IMG/VR virus record: IMGVR_UViG_3300045136_000892
Direction: 5' to 3' (one strand)
Length of the DNA stretch: 64,000 nt
Source of the DNA: a virus
The notes beneath the pieces are model-generated. The model worked only from the letters and a program-made list of their open reading frames with translations. It was not told where the DNA came from and did not search any database. This document shows, piece by piece, positions 35,671 through 44,764 of the stretch. Position 1 is the first letter of the stretch; each line of letters opens with the position of its first letter. The position numbers were made by a program, and so were the translations under genes.

Positions 35671-36435
35671 ATGGAGAAGCACGCGGAACACCACCAGACG
35701 CTGAGCGCGGCCGACCGGGTCCGCAGGGCGATCGACGGGGGCGGGGAGCGGGTCTGGTCCGTCCAGGACTTCCCGAAGCTGCCGTTTCCGGCCGTAGCCC
35801 AGACGCTCTCGCGCCTCGCCCGGGCGGGCGAGCTCCAGCGAGTCTCGAAGGGGCTCTACTACCGCCCGCGAAAGACTGCATTCGGCATGAGCCGCCCCAA
35901 TCCGGAGCTGCTTAGGGAGAAGGGAGCCAGGACGCGCGCGGTGTTCCCCTCGGGGCTGACCGCGGCGAATCAGCTGGGATTCAGCACGCAGGTGCCCGCC
36001 GTCGAGGAGGTTGCGACGACTCGGGGGAGCTTGCCACGAACGATGGTGGGGCAGAGAGCCCGCGTCCACACCCGTCGGCCCGCTGCGTGGGCGAAGCTCT
36101 CCGAGCGGGAGGGCGCCCTTCTGGACCTGATCAGGAGGCGAGCCCAGACGAGCGAACTTTCGCCGGAGGAGACGATCGCAAGGCTCCTCTCGCTCTTGAG
36201 AGAAGGAGGGATGTTCGAGCGGCTCGTCCGCGTCGCGAAGCACGAGCCCCCGCGGGTGCGTGCCATGCTCGGGGCCCTGGGCGAAGAGCTCGGGAAGGAC
36301 GGGAAGACGCTCGAGAAGCTGAGAACGAGCCTGAACCCGCTCACGAGGTTCGATTTCGGCCTCCTCTCAGCGCTCAAATCGGCTAAGGAATGGCAAGCGA
36401 AGGAGTGCAGGACGGATGAGACTCTTCGAGCATGA
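35671..36435 (+). CDS. DUF6088/AbiEi-like antitoxin
   Basis: TLSRLARAGELQRVSKGLYYRP, SGLTAANQLGFSTQVP. Confidence 0.85.
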   Translation: MEKHAEHHQTLSAADRVRRAIDGGGERVWSVQDFPKLPFPAVAQTLSRLARAGELQRVSKGLYYRPRKTAFGMSRPNPELLREKGARTRAVFPSGLTAANQLGFSTQVPAVEEVATTRGSLPRTMVGQRARVHTRRPAAWAKLSEREGALLDLIRRRAQTSELSPEETIARLLSLLREGGMFERLVRVAKHEPPRVRAMLGALGEELGKDGKTLEKLRTSLNPLTRFDFGLLSALKSAKEWQAKECRTDETLRA

Positions 36436-37372
36436 GGATTTCGAGCAACTGCTCCTAGCGGCCGCGGAACACTTCGGATCGTCGGGGCTCTCGGCGTCCG
36501 CGATCGAGAAGGACTACTACGTCACCGAAGCATTGAGGCTCATCGCCCAGGCGTACGGCCCGAAGGTCATCTTCAAGGGCGGTACGAGCTTGTCCAAAGG
36601 GTGGGGGCTCATCCAACGCTTCTCCGAGGACATCGACATCTTCCTCGACCCCGAGGCGTACACCCCGAAGCTCGGGAAGCGACCGATCGACCGAGAGCTC
36701 GAGAAGCTGCGGGACACGGTCGCCGCCCACCCGGGTCTCCACCTCGTCGTCGAAGACAGCAGGAAGATCGGCGGCATCGGACGCGACGACCACTTCGAAT
36801 ACAGGCAGCTCTTCCCGGGGAGCTTGAGGCCCCGCGTGCTGGTCGAGGCGGGGACCGCGAGCGGCCGGCAGCCGACCGAGGACTTGCAGCTCGATTCGTA
36901 CGCGGCCGCGTTCCTGCGAGAGACCGGAAACTCGGTCGGGGCCGAGGACGAGGCGCCGTTCACGATGCGGCTCCTCCACTTCCGACGGACCTTCGTCGAG
37001 AAGCTCTTCACGATCCACGGAAAGATCGAGCAGTACCTCAAAGGCGGGAAGCCCCTCGGCACCTACGCGAGGCACTACTACGACCTCTACAGGCTCGCCC
37101 AGAGGGACGAGGTGAGGGCGATGCTCAACTCGCGCGAGTACGACGAGCTTCGCATCGACTACGACCGCCTGAGCCGTGCCCACTTCCCGAAGTACTACCT
37201 GCCGCCCGAGGGGATGCGCTTCAACGAGAGCGCCGCCATCTTCCCGAGCGGGGCGCTCAAGGACATGGTCGCTCGCGAGTACAGGGCCCAGTGCGAGCTG
37301 CTCTGCTTCGGGGGGTATCCGGAGTGGGAGGAGGTCGAGCGGTGTCTTGTTGGGCTTCAGAACCTGCTCTAA
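36416..37372 (+). CDS. AbiEii/AbiGii nucleotidyltransferase toxin
   Basis: IEKDYYVT, FKGGTSLSK, RFSEDID, RTFVEK, ARHYYD. Confidence 0.92.
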   Translation: MRLFEHEDFEQLLLAAAEHFGSSGLSASAIEKDYYVTEALRLIAQAYGPKVIFKGGTSLSKGWGLIQRFSEDIDIFLDPEAYTPKLGKRPIDRELEKLRDTVAAHPGLHLVVEDSRKIGGIGRDDHFEYRQLFPGSLRPRVLVEAGTASGRQPTEDLQLDSYAAAFLRETGNSVGAEDEAPFTMRLLHFRRTFVEKLFTIHGKIEQYLKGGKPLGTYARHYYDLYRLAQRDEVRAMLNSREYDELRIDYDRLSRAHFPKYYLPPEGMRFNESAAIFPSGALKDMVAREYRAQCELLCFGGYPEWEEVERCLVGLQNLL

Positions 37373-37466
37373 CCAATCGTGTGAACGGGGACGTGAAAAG
37401 AGGAGCTGACCACCTTGTGGCTCCCATGGGGCGCGAGAACACCATGGAGATACAGGTCGGCAATTC

Positions 37467-37745
37467 TGACCTGTCCCCGCCGATGATGCCAACGACTTTG
37501 TCAGTGCCCCGGCCCGGCCATAGACGCCGCGCCGAGCGGCGCAGCTCCGAGCGCCGTCGTCCACGGCACGATCGCCTCGGGCGCCGGCGGGCGGTACTTC
37601 AGGTTGCTGTGGGGGGAGATGGTGTTGTGCCCGACCTGCCCCCGCTCGGTCAGCACCTTCGCCTCCAGCAGGGTGTCGAGGACCTCGCCGTCCAGGAACT
37701 CGCCGGAGAGCTGGCCGTTGAACGACTCGATGTACCCGTCCGCAA
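37467..37745 (-). mobile_element. IS3-family remnant (transposase C-terminus plus terminal repeat)
   Basis: GYIESFNG...LLEAKVL...HN...PHSNLKYRPPAPEA; TGACCTGTCCCC end at 37467. Confidence 0.75.
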
Positions 37746-37971
37746 CCTCTCCGCGTTCTTTCACGCCTTCCTCAGGCGGCCGATCAGGGGTAAGACACGT
37801 CAAATAGAGAGCTTACGTCGTCCCGCCGGGGATGACTCGTCCTGAAATACAACCACTGGACAAAAAATCAGAAAAATCTGTCCGGCGATAGCTCGATGCG
37901 TCGAGACGACCGAGGATAAGAGATGCCGGCACCGGATTGAAGCTTCAAAAGGTTGAGAGGGCTGGGGTTTC

Positions 37972-38625
37972 ATGGCAGCGACCGACCCCGTCAGTGAGGC
38001 GGATTTGGAATCCGCCTTTCGCGACGATCCCGACTTTGCCATTGAACTCCTCGACGCCGATTATCAGGAGCATATCCTTCGCTATATAAAGCGAGAAACC
38101 TATGGGCTGCTCGATCCTCACGAGCTGTTGGTCGCCTATCAAGAGACCATGCTTGCAATGATCGTGCTGGCCCGGAGGCCGGGGTTTGATCCTCAGCGTC
38201 CCCTGAGGATGGTGCAGTCGATCGCGCGCAATAAGGGGATGGACCTCCTGCGCGAGCACGGTCACAGCGTGAACACCAACGAGGACGCGATTCTCGACGC
38301 GGTAGCCGCAGACCTCAAGAACACCGACCTCGGCTTCGAGTGGCGACTGAACATCGCACCGGCGGAGGCCAAGGAGTTCCGGGTGGTCCTCCTGGAGATC
38401 ATCCAGACCCTTCCCCACCGCCAGCGGATCGTCGCTCGGTGTTTCGTCGACCACTTCGAGGACTTTCGCGAACGCGACACCTATCGCCCCCTGGCGGAGG
38501 CGGTCGGCGCCGTCACCGGCAAGACGGAGAGCGTCGCCGCCGTGAAGAGCGACTGGCGTTTCGCGCGAGAGAAGATCGCCGCGGCCCTCACCAAACGCGG
38601 CTACTCGTTCATCCCCGTGGAGTGA
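37972..38625 (+). CDS. ECF-type sigma factor-like protein
   Basis: Region-2-like YQET...IARNKGMDLLR and region-4-like IQTLPHRQRIV...LAEAVG...SVAAVKSDWRFAREKI. Confidence 0.7.
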   Translation: MAATDPVSEADLESAFRDDPDFAIELLDADYQEHILRYIKRETYGLLDPHELLVAYQETMLAMIVLARRPGFDPQRPLRMVQSIARNKGMDLLREHGHSVNTNEDAILDAVAADLKNTDLGFEWRLNIAPAEAKEFRVVLLEIIQTLPHRQRIVARCFVDHFEDFRERDTYRPLAEAVGAVTGKTESVAAVKSDWRFAREKIAAALTKRGYSFIPVE

Positions 38626-38628
38626 CTC

Positions 38629-39027
38629 ATGAGCGCAGGGGGCAAGCGAGAGCGGGAAGAGCGGGCATTGGACGCTCTGCTCGTCTCGGCACTCCGGCGA
38701 GCTGATAAGGACGACGAGGTGATCGACCCAGATCGACTGCCTCAGCTCACGGACGAGGAGAAGGCGGCGATGAGATCCCTCGGCAGCGATTTCGTCAAAC
38801 GCCTCCTGGCCGGCGAACGCCCGCTGGAGGCGAAACCGGAACAGCGACAACGGGAATCGTGCGATGAGGAGGATGCTCTCGCCCTCGCGGGCAGCGGAGC
38901 GGATTGGGGCCTGAACCGCGCCGAGGAGATCGATGGAGAGACAGCGGAGGAACTCGAGCGGCGCAAACGGGAGATACTCGAGCGCCGGGCCCGTGAACGG
39001 AAGGAAGGAGGCGGTGAGGACGCCTGA
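38629..39027 (+). CDS. Small charged hypothetical protein (candidate anti-sigma or peptidase substrate)
   Basis: Tightly coupled to both the sigma and peptidase genes. Confidence 0.6.
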   Translation: MSAGGKREREERALDALLVSALRRADKDDEVIDPDRLPQLTDEEKAAMRSLGSDFVKRLLAGERPLEAKPEQRQRESCDEEDALALAGSGADWGLNRAEEIDGETAEELERRKREILERRARERKEGGGEDA

Positions 39028-39838
39028 CATCGAGAACTTCGCCAAGTCGACGCTCATCGCGCTCGACATGTGGCGACTACCGGTCAATCCCTTCGCCATC
39101 GTCAAGGAGGAAGGGATTGAGCTTGCCCCCGGCAGGTACGGTCCGAAGTTCGACGCGAGGATCGAGTTCGTCGGCGCGGAGAGGGCCTTCATCCTCTACT
39201 ACCGGACCGCACAGCACGGACGCACCGAGAGCCGGGTCAGATTCTCACTCGCCCATGAGCTCGCGCACTTCTACCTCCCATCCCACCGGGAGTATCTGCT
39301 CAGCGGGCGCAGCCACAACTCGGTTATCGACTTCCGCTCGAGAAACCCTCGCGAGAACGAGGCGGACGAGTTCGCGTCGGCCCTGCTCATGCCGCGAGAG
39401 CTCTTCCTCGCCGAGATGGACAAGAGACGACGAAGCTTCTGGACCCTCTCCGACCTATGCAGACTGGCCGACGAGGAGTTCCAGACATCGGTGACCAGCA
39501 CCGTCAGGCGTTACTGCCAGTTCGACTTCGAGCCGTGCGCCATGGTCGTCAGCGAGGCCAACCGGGTCAACTGGGCCTGGCATTCCGACAGCATGAGGGC
39601 GCTCGGCATGTCCCACGTCCCGGCGGGTAGCCGGGTGCCGGGTACGAGTCGAACCGCCGGGCTTTGGAAGCGGCTCGAGGGCAGCGACTCCCTCGACGCG
39701 GTCGGCGGCTTGGTCCCCGCGCAGGCCTGGTACGAGCGACCGTACCGCGAAGAGTTGTGGGAAGAGGCGATGCCCCTGGGCTACACCGGCCTCGTCCTGA
39801 CCTACCTGACCCTGCAGGATCCAGGGAGCGACGACTGA
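39014..39838 (+). CDS. ImmA/IrrE (CapP-like) Zn metallopeptidase
   Basis: RFSLAHELAH (HExxH), ENEADEFASALLMP, C-terminal GAF-like region; GTG start after GGAGG. Confidence 0.9.
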   Translation: MRTPDIENFAKSTLIALDMWRLPVNPFAIVKEEGIELAPGRYGPKFDARIEFVGAERAFILYYRTAQHGRTESRVRFSLAHELAHFYLPSHREYLLSGRSHNSVIDFRSRNPRENEADEFASALLMPRELFLAEMDKRRRSFWTLSDLCRLADEEFQTSVTSTVRRYCQFDFEPCAMVVSEANRVNWAWHSDSMRALGMSHVPAGSRVPGTSRTAGLWKRLEGSDSLDAVGGLVPAQAWYERPYREELWEEAMPLGYTGLVLTYLTLQDPGSDD

Positions 39839-40017
39839 GCCGGGCCAAGGACAGGGCCCCGAGAGAAAAACCGAAATCCATAGCACGATGCGCGGTCTGC
39901 CCCGAGGTCATGTGTAGAGGACTCGGCTGAGCCAGCCGGCCCGACAACAGGCGTCGCCACTCCCAGCGCGGGAGTGGCACGCACGTCGACCCAATGATGC
40001 TGCCGAGAGGGGTTACC

Positions 40018-40284
40018 ATGACCGCCGTCGCTGCTCAGCTCGCCCGTGAGGACAAGCCCCACGGGCCCATGTTCAACGTCAACATCGAGGGCAAGGAGTA
40101 CGCCTGGGACCGCGAGACCATCACGGTCCCGGAGATCCGCGCCCTCGGCTCGCTGCCCTCGGACACCCCGGTGCTGGAGATCAACCTCCAGGACAACACC
40201 GAGCGGACGCTGGCCGAGAACGAGGTGGTCGAGCTCAAGCCCGGTCACGGCTTCGCCAAGAAGGTCCGCTTCCAGCGGGGGTGA
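40018..40284 (+). CDS. Ubiquitin-like (multiubiquitin-domain) protein ending in Gly
   Basis: VNIEGKEYAW...ITVPEIRALGSLP...VVELKPG; C-terminus KKVRFQRG. Confidence 0.85.
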   Translation: MTAVAAQLAREDKPHGPMFNVNIEGKEYAWDRETITVPEIRALGSLPSDTPVLEINLQDNTERTLAENEVVELKPGHGFAKKVRFQRG

Positions 40285-40289
40285 GGCCG

Positions 40290-40691
40290 ATGACCGAGCG
40301 CATCGCCAGAGAGATGGAGCTCCTCCGCTCGGTGTTCCCGGACGCCGAGTACCACGAGGTCGAAGGCGGCTGGATCCGCATCCCGCGGTATACGGTCCAG
40401 CACGGGGGCTGGGCACCGGGCGTGGTGGAGGTCTGCTTCCAGGTGCCCGCCGGGTACCCGGGAAACGCCCCCTACGCGTTCTGGGTCTCGCCCCCGCTCC
40501 GGCTCGCGGCCGACAACCGCGCCCCCGTCAACAACTACCAGGAGCCTTCGCCCACCCCGCTGCCCGGGACCTGGGCGAAGTTCTCCTGGTCGCACCTCGA
40601 CTCGTGGCAACCCGGGCCGGAGCCGGAGTCCGGAAGCAACTTCCTGAACTTCGTGCTGTCGTTCCGCGACCGCTTCGGGGAGGGGCCCTAA
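40290..40691 (+). CDS. Prokaryotic E2 (family E)
   Basis: WIRIPRY...GW...FQVPAGYPGNAPYAFWV...WAKFSWSH...W.P...NFLNF. Confidence 0.85.
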   Translation: MTERIAREMELLRSVFPDAEYHEVEGGWIRIPRYTVQHGGWAPGVVEVCFQVPAGYPGNAPYAFWVSPPLRLAADNRAPVNNYQEPSPTPLPGTWAKFSWSHLDSWQPGPEPESGSNFLNFVLSFRDRFGEGP

Positions 40692-40692
40692 C

Positions 40693-41232
40693 GTGAAAGT
40701 GACACTCGACCTCGGCGGTGGGCTCAAGAGACGCCTCTGGGCCCACCTGCTTCAGAATGAGTTGGAACAGGCGGCCTTCGTGTTCTCGAAGGTCGACTCC
40801 GGCAACGGGTCGGTCGTGTTCAAGCCCCAGGTCGTCTACCTCGTGCCGCCGCAGGACTTCGACGTCCATACCGGCTACCACATCGAGCTCGCCGACCACG
40901 TTCGGCCGAGAGTCATCAAGCAGGCCTGGGACTCGGGAACCGCGATCGTCGAATTCCACTCGCACCCGACCGAGAGCCGGCAGGCGACGTTCTCCGGCAG
41001 CGACCTGTCCGGCTTCGAGGAGTTCGTGCCTCACTGCCGGTGGCGTCTGCGGGGGAAGCCCTACCTGGCCGTCCTAGTCAACCCGATCAGCGTCGACTCC
41101 ATGGCGTGGGTCGACGACTCGCCGTCGCCGGTGCCCCTGGATGTCATCCGCCTGGGCTGGTTCAGGAAGATGGTCCCGACCGGCCGGACTTTGGACGCGA
41201 TGCGCGCGGAGGGGGTGAAGCGTGGACCTTGA
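40693..41232 (+). CDS. JAB/JAMM peptidase (deubiquitinase-like)
   Basis: E (LEQAAF) and EFHSHP...FSGSD JAMM motif. Confidence 0.85.
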   Translation: MKVTLDLGGGLKRRLWAHLLQNELEQAAFVFSKVDSGNGSVVFKPQVVYLVPPQDFDVHTGYHIELADHVRPRVIKQAWDSGTAIVEFHSHPTESRQATFSGSDLSGFEEFVPHCRWRLRGKPYLAVLVNPISVDSMAWVDDSPSPVPLDVIRLGWFRKMVPTGRTLDAMRAEGVKRGP

Positions 41233-42100
41233 GCGGTTCGACCGGCACCTCATGCTCTTCGGCCGCGAGGGCCAGGAGAGGCTCGCGGCGACCCGGGTCG
41301 CGATCGTCGGTCTGGGCGGGACCGGGTCCCACGTCGCCCAGCAGCTCGCCTACCTCGGCGTGCGGAGCTACGCGCTCATCGACGCCGATCGCGTCTCGAA
41401 GTCGAACCTCAATCGCCTGATCGGGGCCACGGAGCTCGACCTCGGGAAGCCCGAGGCGAAGGTGGACGTGGCGGCCCGAGGGATCCTCTCGGTCGAGCCC
41501 GACGCCGACGTTTCGCCGGTGCCGGACTCATTCGTCTCCGAGGCCGGGGAGGCCGCGTTGGGCGGGAGCCAGGTCATCTTCGGCTGCGTCGACCGCGACG
41601 GCGCGCGGCTGCTGCTCACGGAATTCGCCTGCGCCTACGACCGGCCGTATTTCGACCTGGCGACCGACACCTACAAGGACGAGTCGCACGTCGGCTTCGG
41701 GGGCCGGCTGATGATCCGCAAGTACGCGGGTGGGTGCCCCTATTGCCTCGACCTGCTGGACCCTGAAGCCGTCCAGCGCGACCTAACCTCGCCTGAACGC
41801 CGGGAGGAGGAGGCGGCAATGTATGGGGTCCGCCGGGAGGCTCTCGGCGACGGCGGCCCCTCCGTGGTCTCGCTCAACGGGATCCTGGCCTCGATCGCCG
41901 TCATGGAGTTCATGCTGCTGGTGACCGGGGCGATCAGGGCGCCCAAGCGTCTGCTCCGATACGACGGCATCCGCGGGATCGTGAACGAGTCGAAGGACCA
42001 ACCGCGCGCGGGCTGCCCCTACTGCAGCCAGGCGGGCATGGGAGATGCCCTGGATTGGGCCAGGCACATCCGCGCGGGCCTAGGGCGGTGGGTACGATGA
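41222..42100 (+). CDS. E1/ThiF-family adenylating enzyme
   Basis: RFDRH, GLGGTGS, DADRVSKSNLNR, K, GCVD, two CPYC Zn pairs. Confidence 0.92.
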   Translation: MDLERFDRHLMLFGREGQERLAATRVAIVGLGGTGSHVAQQLAYLGVRSYALIDADRVSKSNLNRLIGATELDLGKPEAKVDVAARGILSVEPDADVSPVPDSFVSEAGEAALGGSQVIFGCVDRDGARLLLTEFACAYDRPYFDLATDTYKDESHVGFGGRLMIRKYAGGCPYCLDLLDPEAVQRDLTSPERREEEAAMYGVRREALGDGGPSVVSLNGILASIAVMEFMLLVTGAIRAPKRLLRYDGIRGIVNESKDQPRAGCPYCSQAGMGDALDWARHIRAGLGRWVR

Positions 42101-42328
42101 TCTAACCGGCTGGGCGGATCGCGAGGATCAACGGAGTGAGGATTCCTCCTCCTCGCTCACCGACGCCTGAAGGGACAGGCACCTTGAGTGAGTAGCAGCC
42201 CGAGCCCCGACAGGACAGTCGGCGGGACGCCAAGGACATGGGCCTGGTGTGCGCGCCCGTCGCCTTCAGGCACACAGGGCCCATCCTCCGCCAGGTCGAG
42301 AGGAAGGCGGAGCTCGTTCTGAAGAGCT

Positions 42329-43285
42329 TTGGCTCGGGCGCCCTGGCCCCGCCTGCGGGGTCGCCCCTTTCTGCTCATAGCAGGACATGTTCTGGACGAC
42401 ATCTTCGGGGAGCTATCCGGGAATGATTGGCTGGTTCTCATGGTGTTTGAAGGGGATCGGCTTCCTGGCTTTATCCGGCGCCAAGAGTTTGGGTATGGGA
42501 TGAATCGAGCCGATCCGCACCATCTGGTCACCGCTGAGGAGGTGGCCGTTCCCCCCGACGCCATCGGCTTCATATCGATCCGGGCCGGGATTAAATTCCG
42601 CGGCCTCGTGAACGTCTCGGGCTTCCACGTGGACCTCGGATTCAAGGGCCAGTTGAAGTTCGCCGTGTACAACGCCGGGAGCCAGACCATCAGGCTGGAT
42701 CAGGGCCAGCCGATCTTCATGATCTGGTTCTGCGACCTGGACGACCCGACCAAGGACCTCTACAGGCCCAGGCCAGCGGCAAGGAATGTCATCACCGCGG
42801 ACGATGTCTCGAAAATCCAGGGCGAGGTCGCTTCTCCCGCTGAGCTGAAGAAGCGGATCGATGAACTGAGGGCGGCATACGATCACAGAATCCTTGCGAT
42901 CGAGAAGGAACAGCTCATCGTCAGAGCACTCCTGGTCGCCGTCATCGTGGCCGGCATCGGAATCCTCGTGAAGTCCCTGGTGGCAGGGGGCGGCAATCCG
43001 TCCCGGCCGGCGGCGAGTGCAGCCGAAGAAAGAGCAGTACCGGAGGGCGGTGGCGCCGGCGCGAGAAGCACCGGCGACGCCCCACGACGCCAGCCGAGGC
43101 AGTTCCTTCCCGACCTCAATGAGATCCGCGACTCTAGGGCCAACGCATCTCTATTCCGGCCTCTTTCCAGGGTTCGGACGAAGTGTCTCGGTTCTCAAAC
43201 GCTCGGAAGTTGGGCCGCCGACCCTGAAGATTCACGGATTTCCCCGAAATTGAGATGCGTTGGCCCTGTCCGTGACCCTGTCTAG
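42329..43285 (+). CDS. dCTP deaminase/dUTPase-fold protein with C-terminal coiled coil and TM helix; N-terminus probably damaged
   Basis: LVTAEEVAVPPDAIGFISIRAGIKFRGLVNVSGFHVDLGFKGQL...YNAG. Sequence before about 42515 does not resemble Dcd. Confidence 0.65.
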   Translation: MARAPWPRLRGRPFLLIAGHVLDDIFGELSGNDWLVLMVFEGDRLPGFIRRQEFGYGMNRADPHHLVTAEEVAVPPDAIGFISIRAGIKFRGLVNVSGFHVDLGFKGQLKFAVYNAGSQTIRLDQGQPIFMIWFCDLDDPTKDLYRPRPAARNVITADDVSKIQGEVASPAELKKRIDELRAAYDHRILAIEKEQLIVRALLVAVIVAGIGILVKSLVAGGGNPSRPAASAAEERAVPEGGGAGARSTGDAPRRQPRQFLPDLNEIRDSRANASLFRPLSRVRTKCLGSQTLGSWAADPEDSRISPKLRCVGPVRDPV

Positions 43286-44109
43286 GGCGGCTGGTTCGTT
43301 CGCACGGTCAGCCCAGCAGCCGCTTGATTCTGCCGTTGACCCATGCGCTCGGCACCGCCGTCGAGGCCGGCAAGTGGATGACGACAAGCCGATGCGTGTC
43401 CGTGACGGCGGGGGCGATATCTGCCCGAGCGTATTCTCCGTGACGACCCCGGCCAGAAGGAGCTACCCGTGGCCCGGGTGGCCCCCGGGCGGATAGGTCA
43501 CCCCGCGCCGCCAGCTCGCCATATCTCCTGTGGTTCGACGGCGTGTAGCCGCGAACGACTCTTACCGGAGGTTGCGACGATGGACGAGCAGAACCGTGCG
43601 AACGACCCGTCCCACGAGCTCCCGCAGCGGAGGCAGAGCGAACTGGTCCTCGAGCGGCTTCGGCTGACGGAGGATCGGCGCGCCGCGATCGACTCACGCC
43701 TCGCCGATCCGAACTACGTCCCCCGCCAGGTCGACTGGCTCGACGCCGGCCCGGACCCCTTCGGCATGGACTGGGACTGGCTCACCGAGCCCCCGGCCGC
43801 CGAAGGGAGCGAGTCGTAGGTCGACCGAGGACGCGCCCCCGCCCGGACCGCCCCGCGCTCCACCGTCGTGGTGTCGCGGGGCGGTCCGACGGCAGGGACG
43901 AGGCAGCTCGGAGGGCTTGCCGAGGTTTCTCCCCTGCAAGGTTTTCAGAGGCTAGTCGTCGAACCACCTCGTGCCTCCTCCGTCCCGTGCGCCGCCAAAT
44001 GGCTCAACGGGCCAAGCCAGAGTGTCAATTCTGCTAGCACGAAAACAAGACCCTCGGCGTGCCGGAAGCGATCGCCGAGGGTATGTAGCGGCACGCGAAA
44101 CCCGCTCAG

Positions 44110-44340
44110 AAGCTGAGCGCGGCCGGGGGGCGACCAGACGCCCGCGGCGGGCGTCTCGGCGGGCCAGGCCGGCGAGGCGGGGCACCTGGCCGCGGTGCTG
44201 GAATCGGTACGGCCGCACGGCGGCGTGCCGGGTCGGCCGAGACGGCTGGCCGACGACGAGGCGTACAGCTCCCGCTCGGTCCGCCGATACCTGCGTGCCG
44301 GCGTCCGGACGGTCATCCTGGTTCCCTCGGTCCTTGCCGA
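44110..44340 (+). pseudogene. IS5-family transposase fragment
   Basis: GRPRRLADDEAYSSRSVRRYL resembles the RPRRLxADKAYSSRxIRxYL motif. Confidence 0.55.
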
Positions 44341-44764
44341 TGGGCATGACGATCTCCGGCACCCGTCCCGAGGGCAGGGCCACGACTTGCCGCCCTTGCG
44401 TTCCCGGAGCAGGCGTCGCATCCCAAGGACCGCTCCCGGTCGCCCGTCTGCATCCCGACGCGGCGTGTGACGCGGAGTTCACGGGGACCCTCGGGGTCGC
44501 TGGCGACGCGGGGGGCGAGTCGACTCAATCCGTCGTCTCACGGCCGCAACCCCTTCCAGGCGGTGGCGGCGAGTGCCTTCACCCGGACGGCGTCGGGCGG
44601 CCGAATTCCCTTCCGCCTTCGAGCGATATTCGATATCGAAATAGCCGGGAACGTGATCGCGACAACGCGCGAGACCCCGACTCGACCCCCGTCCTCCGGC
44701 CACGAGGCGCGGGCGGCGAGTCGCCTCGCCGCGACGCGTCGACGGGGTGAGCTGAAGGAGACTT

